From positions 1-26,917 of the forward strand of contig CAZRXT010000003.1 of assembly GCA_964604035.1 (NCBI GenBank): a stretch of DNA of 26,917 nt, in the 5' to 3' direction. Under the pieces are notes generated by a model. It had not been told where the DNA came from and did no database searches. It saw only the letters and a program-made list of their open reading frames with translations. How positions within the stretch are numbered: the first letter of the stretch is position 1; each line of letters starts with the position of its first letter. Positions 26,054 through 26,917 of this stretch are shown one piece after another. A program made the translations under genes and the position numbers. Source of the stretch: an uncultured Prolixibacteraceae bacterium (GTDB lineage: Bacteria > Bacteroidota > Bacteroidia > Bacteroidales > Prolixibacteraceae).

Positions 26054-26153
26054 AAGATAAGACAAAACGGAACTTTATATAGAAAAAGAGTCTTGAGATA
26101 GTTGCTTTTATATTGACGAACAGTGTTTAATACGATTTATAAAGCCTTTGATT

Positions 26154-26917
26154 ATGGCAAGCAGACGCGATTTTATTAAGATATCGACATTGGTTAGTGG
26201 TGGATTAATGCTTTCAGGTCCTCTCATTCGTAAAGTGCTGGCTAAGCCAGGGGTGCCCTACTTGCTTCCTTCCGACCTGAAACGCACGCCAACCTATTGC
26301 GAGGTGTGTTTTTGGAAATGTGCCGGATGGGTGTATAAAAACGAGAAAGGCGACATCCAAAAGGTGGTTGGCAATGATATTGATCCTGAATGTAATGGCC
26401 GTTTGTGCCCGCGCGGAACAGGTGGAGTGGGCATGTACAACGACGAAGACCGCCTGAAAAACCCGATGATCCGCGTAACCCGCGATGGAAAACAGACTTT
26501 CGAGGAAGTAACCTGGGAAAAAGCGTTCGACTTCATTGCTGAAAAAATGAAGAAAATAAAGGTGGAACATGGGCCTGAATGTACTGCCCTGTTCACGCAT
26601 GGTTCAGGTGGAACTTACTTTGGAACGATGTTGAAAGCCTTTGGGTCGAACAACATTGCTGCTCCATCGTACGCCCAATGTCGTGGTCCTCGAGAGGTAG
26701 CCTTTATTGCAACCTTCGGCGAAGGACTTGATTCGCCCGAAAATACCGATATCCGCGATACCAAATGCCTCGTTTTGATTGGTTCCCACTTGGGCGAAAA
26801 CATGCATAATGGTCAGGTTCAAGAGATGAGCGATGCCATAGATAAAGGTGCAACCATCATCACAGTCGATCCGCGTTATTCCACTGCTGCCAGCAAGTCG
26901 AAATTCTGGCTGCCCAT
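26154..26917 (+). CDS. psrA: Tat-exported Mo-bisPGD oxidoreductase catalytic subunit, polysulfide/thiosulfate reductase (PsrA/PhsA) clade; runs off the window
   Basis: Hand translation: MASRRDFIK (Tat signal), FS0 ligands C49EVC52FWKC56...GRLC85PRG, DRLKNPMIR, FTHG, APSYAQC176RGPREVA (Cys Mo ligand), LIGSHLGENMHN and VDPRYSTAASK. Co-linear with my recollection of Thermus thermophilus PsrA. Confidence 0.9.
   Translation, partial: MASRRDFIKISTLVSGGLMLSGPLIRKVLAKPGVPYLLPSDLKRTPTYCEVCFWKCAGWVYKNEKGDIQKVVGNDIDPECNGRLCPRGTGGVGMYNDEDRLKNPMIRVTRDGKQTFEEVTWEKAFDFIAEKMKKIKVEHGPECTALFTHGSGGTYFGTMLKAFGSNNIAAPSYAQCRGPREVAFIATFGEGLDSPENTDIRDTKCLVLIGSHLGENMHNGQVQEMSDAIDKGATIITVDPRYSTAASKSKFWLP

Noticed and set aside
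26679-26681. Selenocysteine at the Mo ligand, or a formate dehydrogenase/nitrate reductase identity
   Set aside because: The codon is TGT (Cys). The surrounding motif APSYAQCRGPRE is Psr/Phs-type, not Fdh (C/U-H) or Nap/Nar.
26214-26822. Minus-strand ORFs 26214..26600, 26294..26596, 26604..26822 and 26615..26803
   Set aside because: They are shadows of psrA on the plus strand.
1-26917. CRISPR arrays, tRNA/rRNA genes, IS elements, integrases, prophage or known defence systems
   Set aside because: None was recognisable. The only repeats seen are protein-level (PAS, TPR-like, TM duplication) and short terminator or operator palindromes.

Overview
Mostly housekeeping and metabolic DNA from a Bacteroidota genome, probably an anaerobic or facultative environmental Bacteroidales. 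Support: TAnnTTTG promoter boxes, AT-rich leaders without obvious Shine-Dalgarno sites, Gln after signal peptides, and Bacteroidales-type yggS/DHOD-like, DUF72, mscL and tcdA genes. I see about 26 real CDSs and no rRNA, tRNA, CRISPR array or IS element. The ORF track misses the two edge genes: a cytoplasmic multi-PAS histidine kinase (1..1799, minus) and a Tat-exported PsrA/PhsA-type molybdoenzyme (26154..>26917, plus). Three parts stand out. (1) A corrinoid methyl-transfer cluster (11870-15513) has three stand-alone MetH modules (Hcy-binding, cobalamin-binding, activation) but no folate/pterin module, and lies divergent from a UroD/MtaA-fold protein. This suggests methionine formation or demethylation from a non-folate methyl donor. 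(2) A self-contained low-GC two-gene cassette (15603-16842) encodes an output-less 8-TM sensor-like protein coupled to an 80-aa helical protein. (3) A sulfur-respiration locus starts at the right edge (mobA, Cys-rich Crp/Fnr, psrA), with tandem FNR-like boxes next to a consensus promoter. All family assignments come from motif recognition by eye; no database searches were run.
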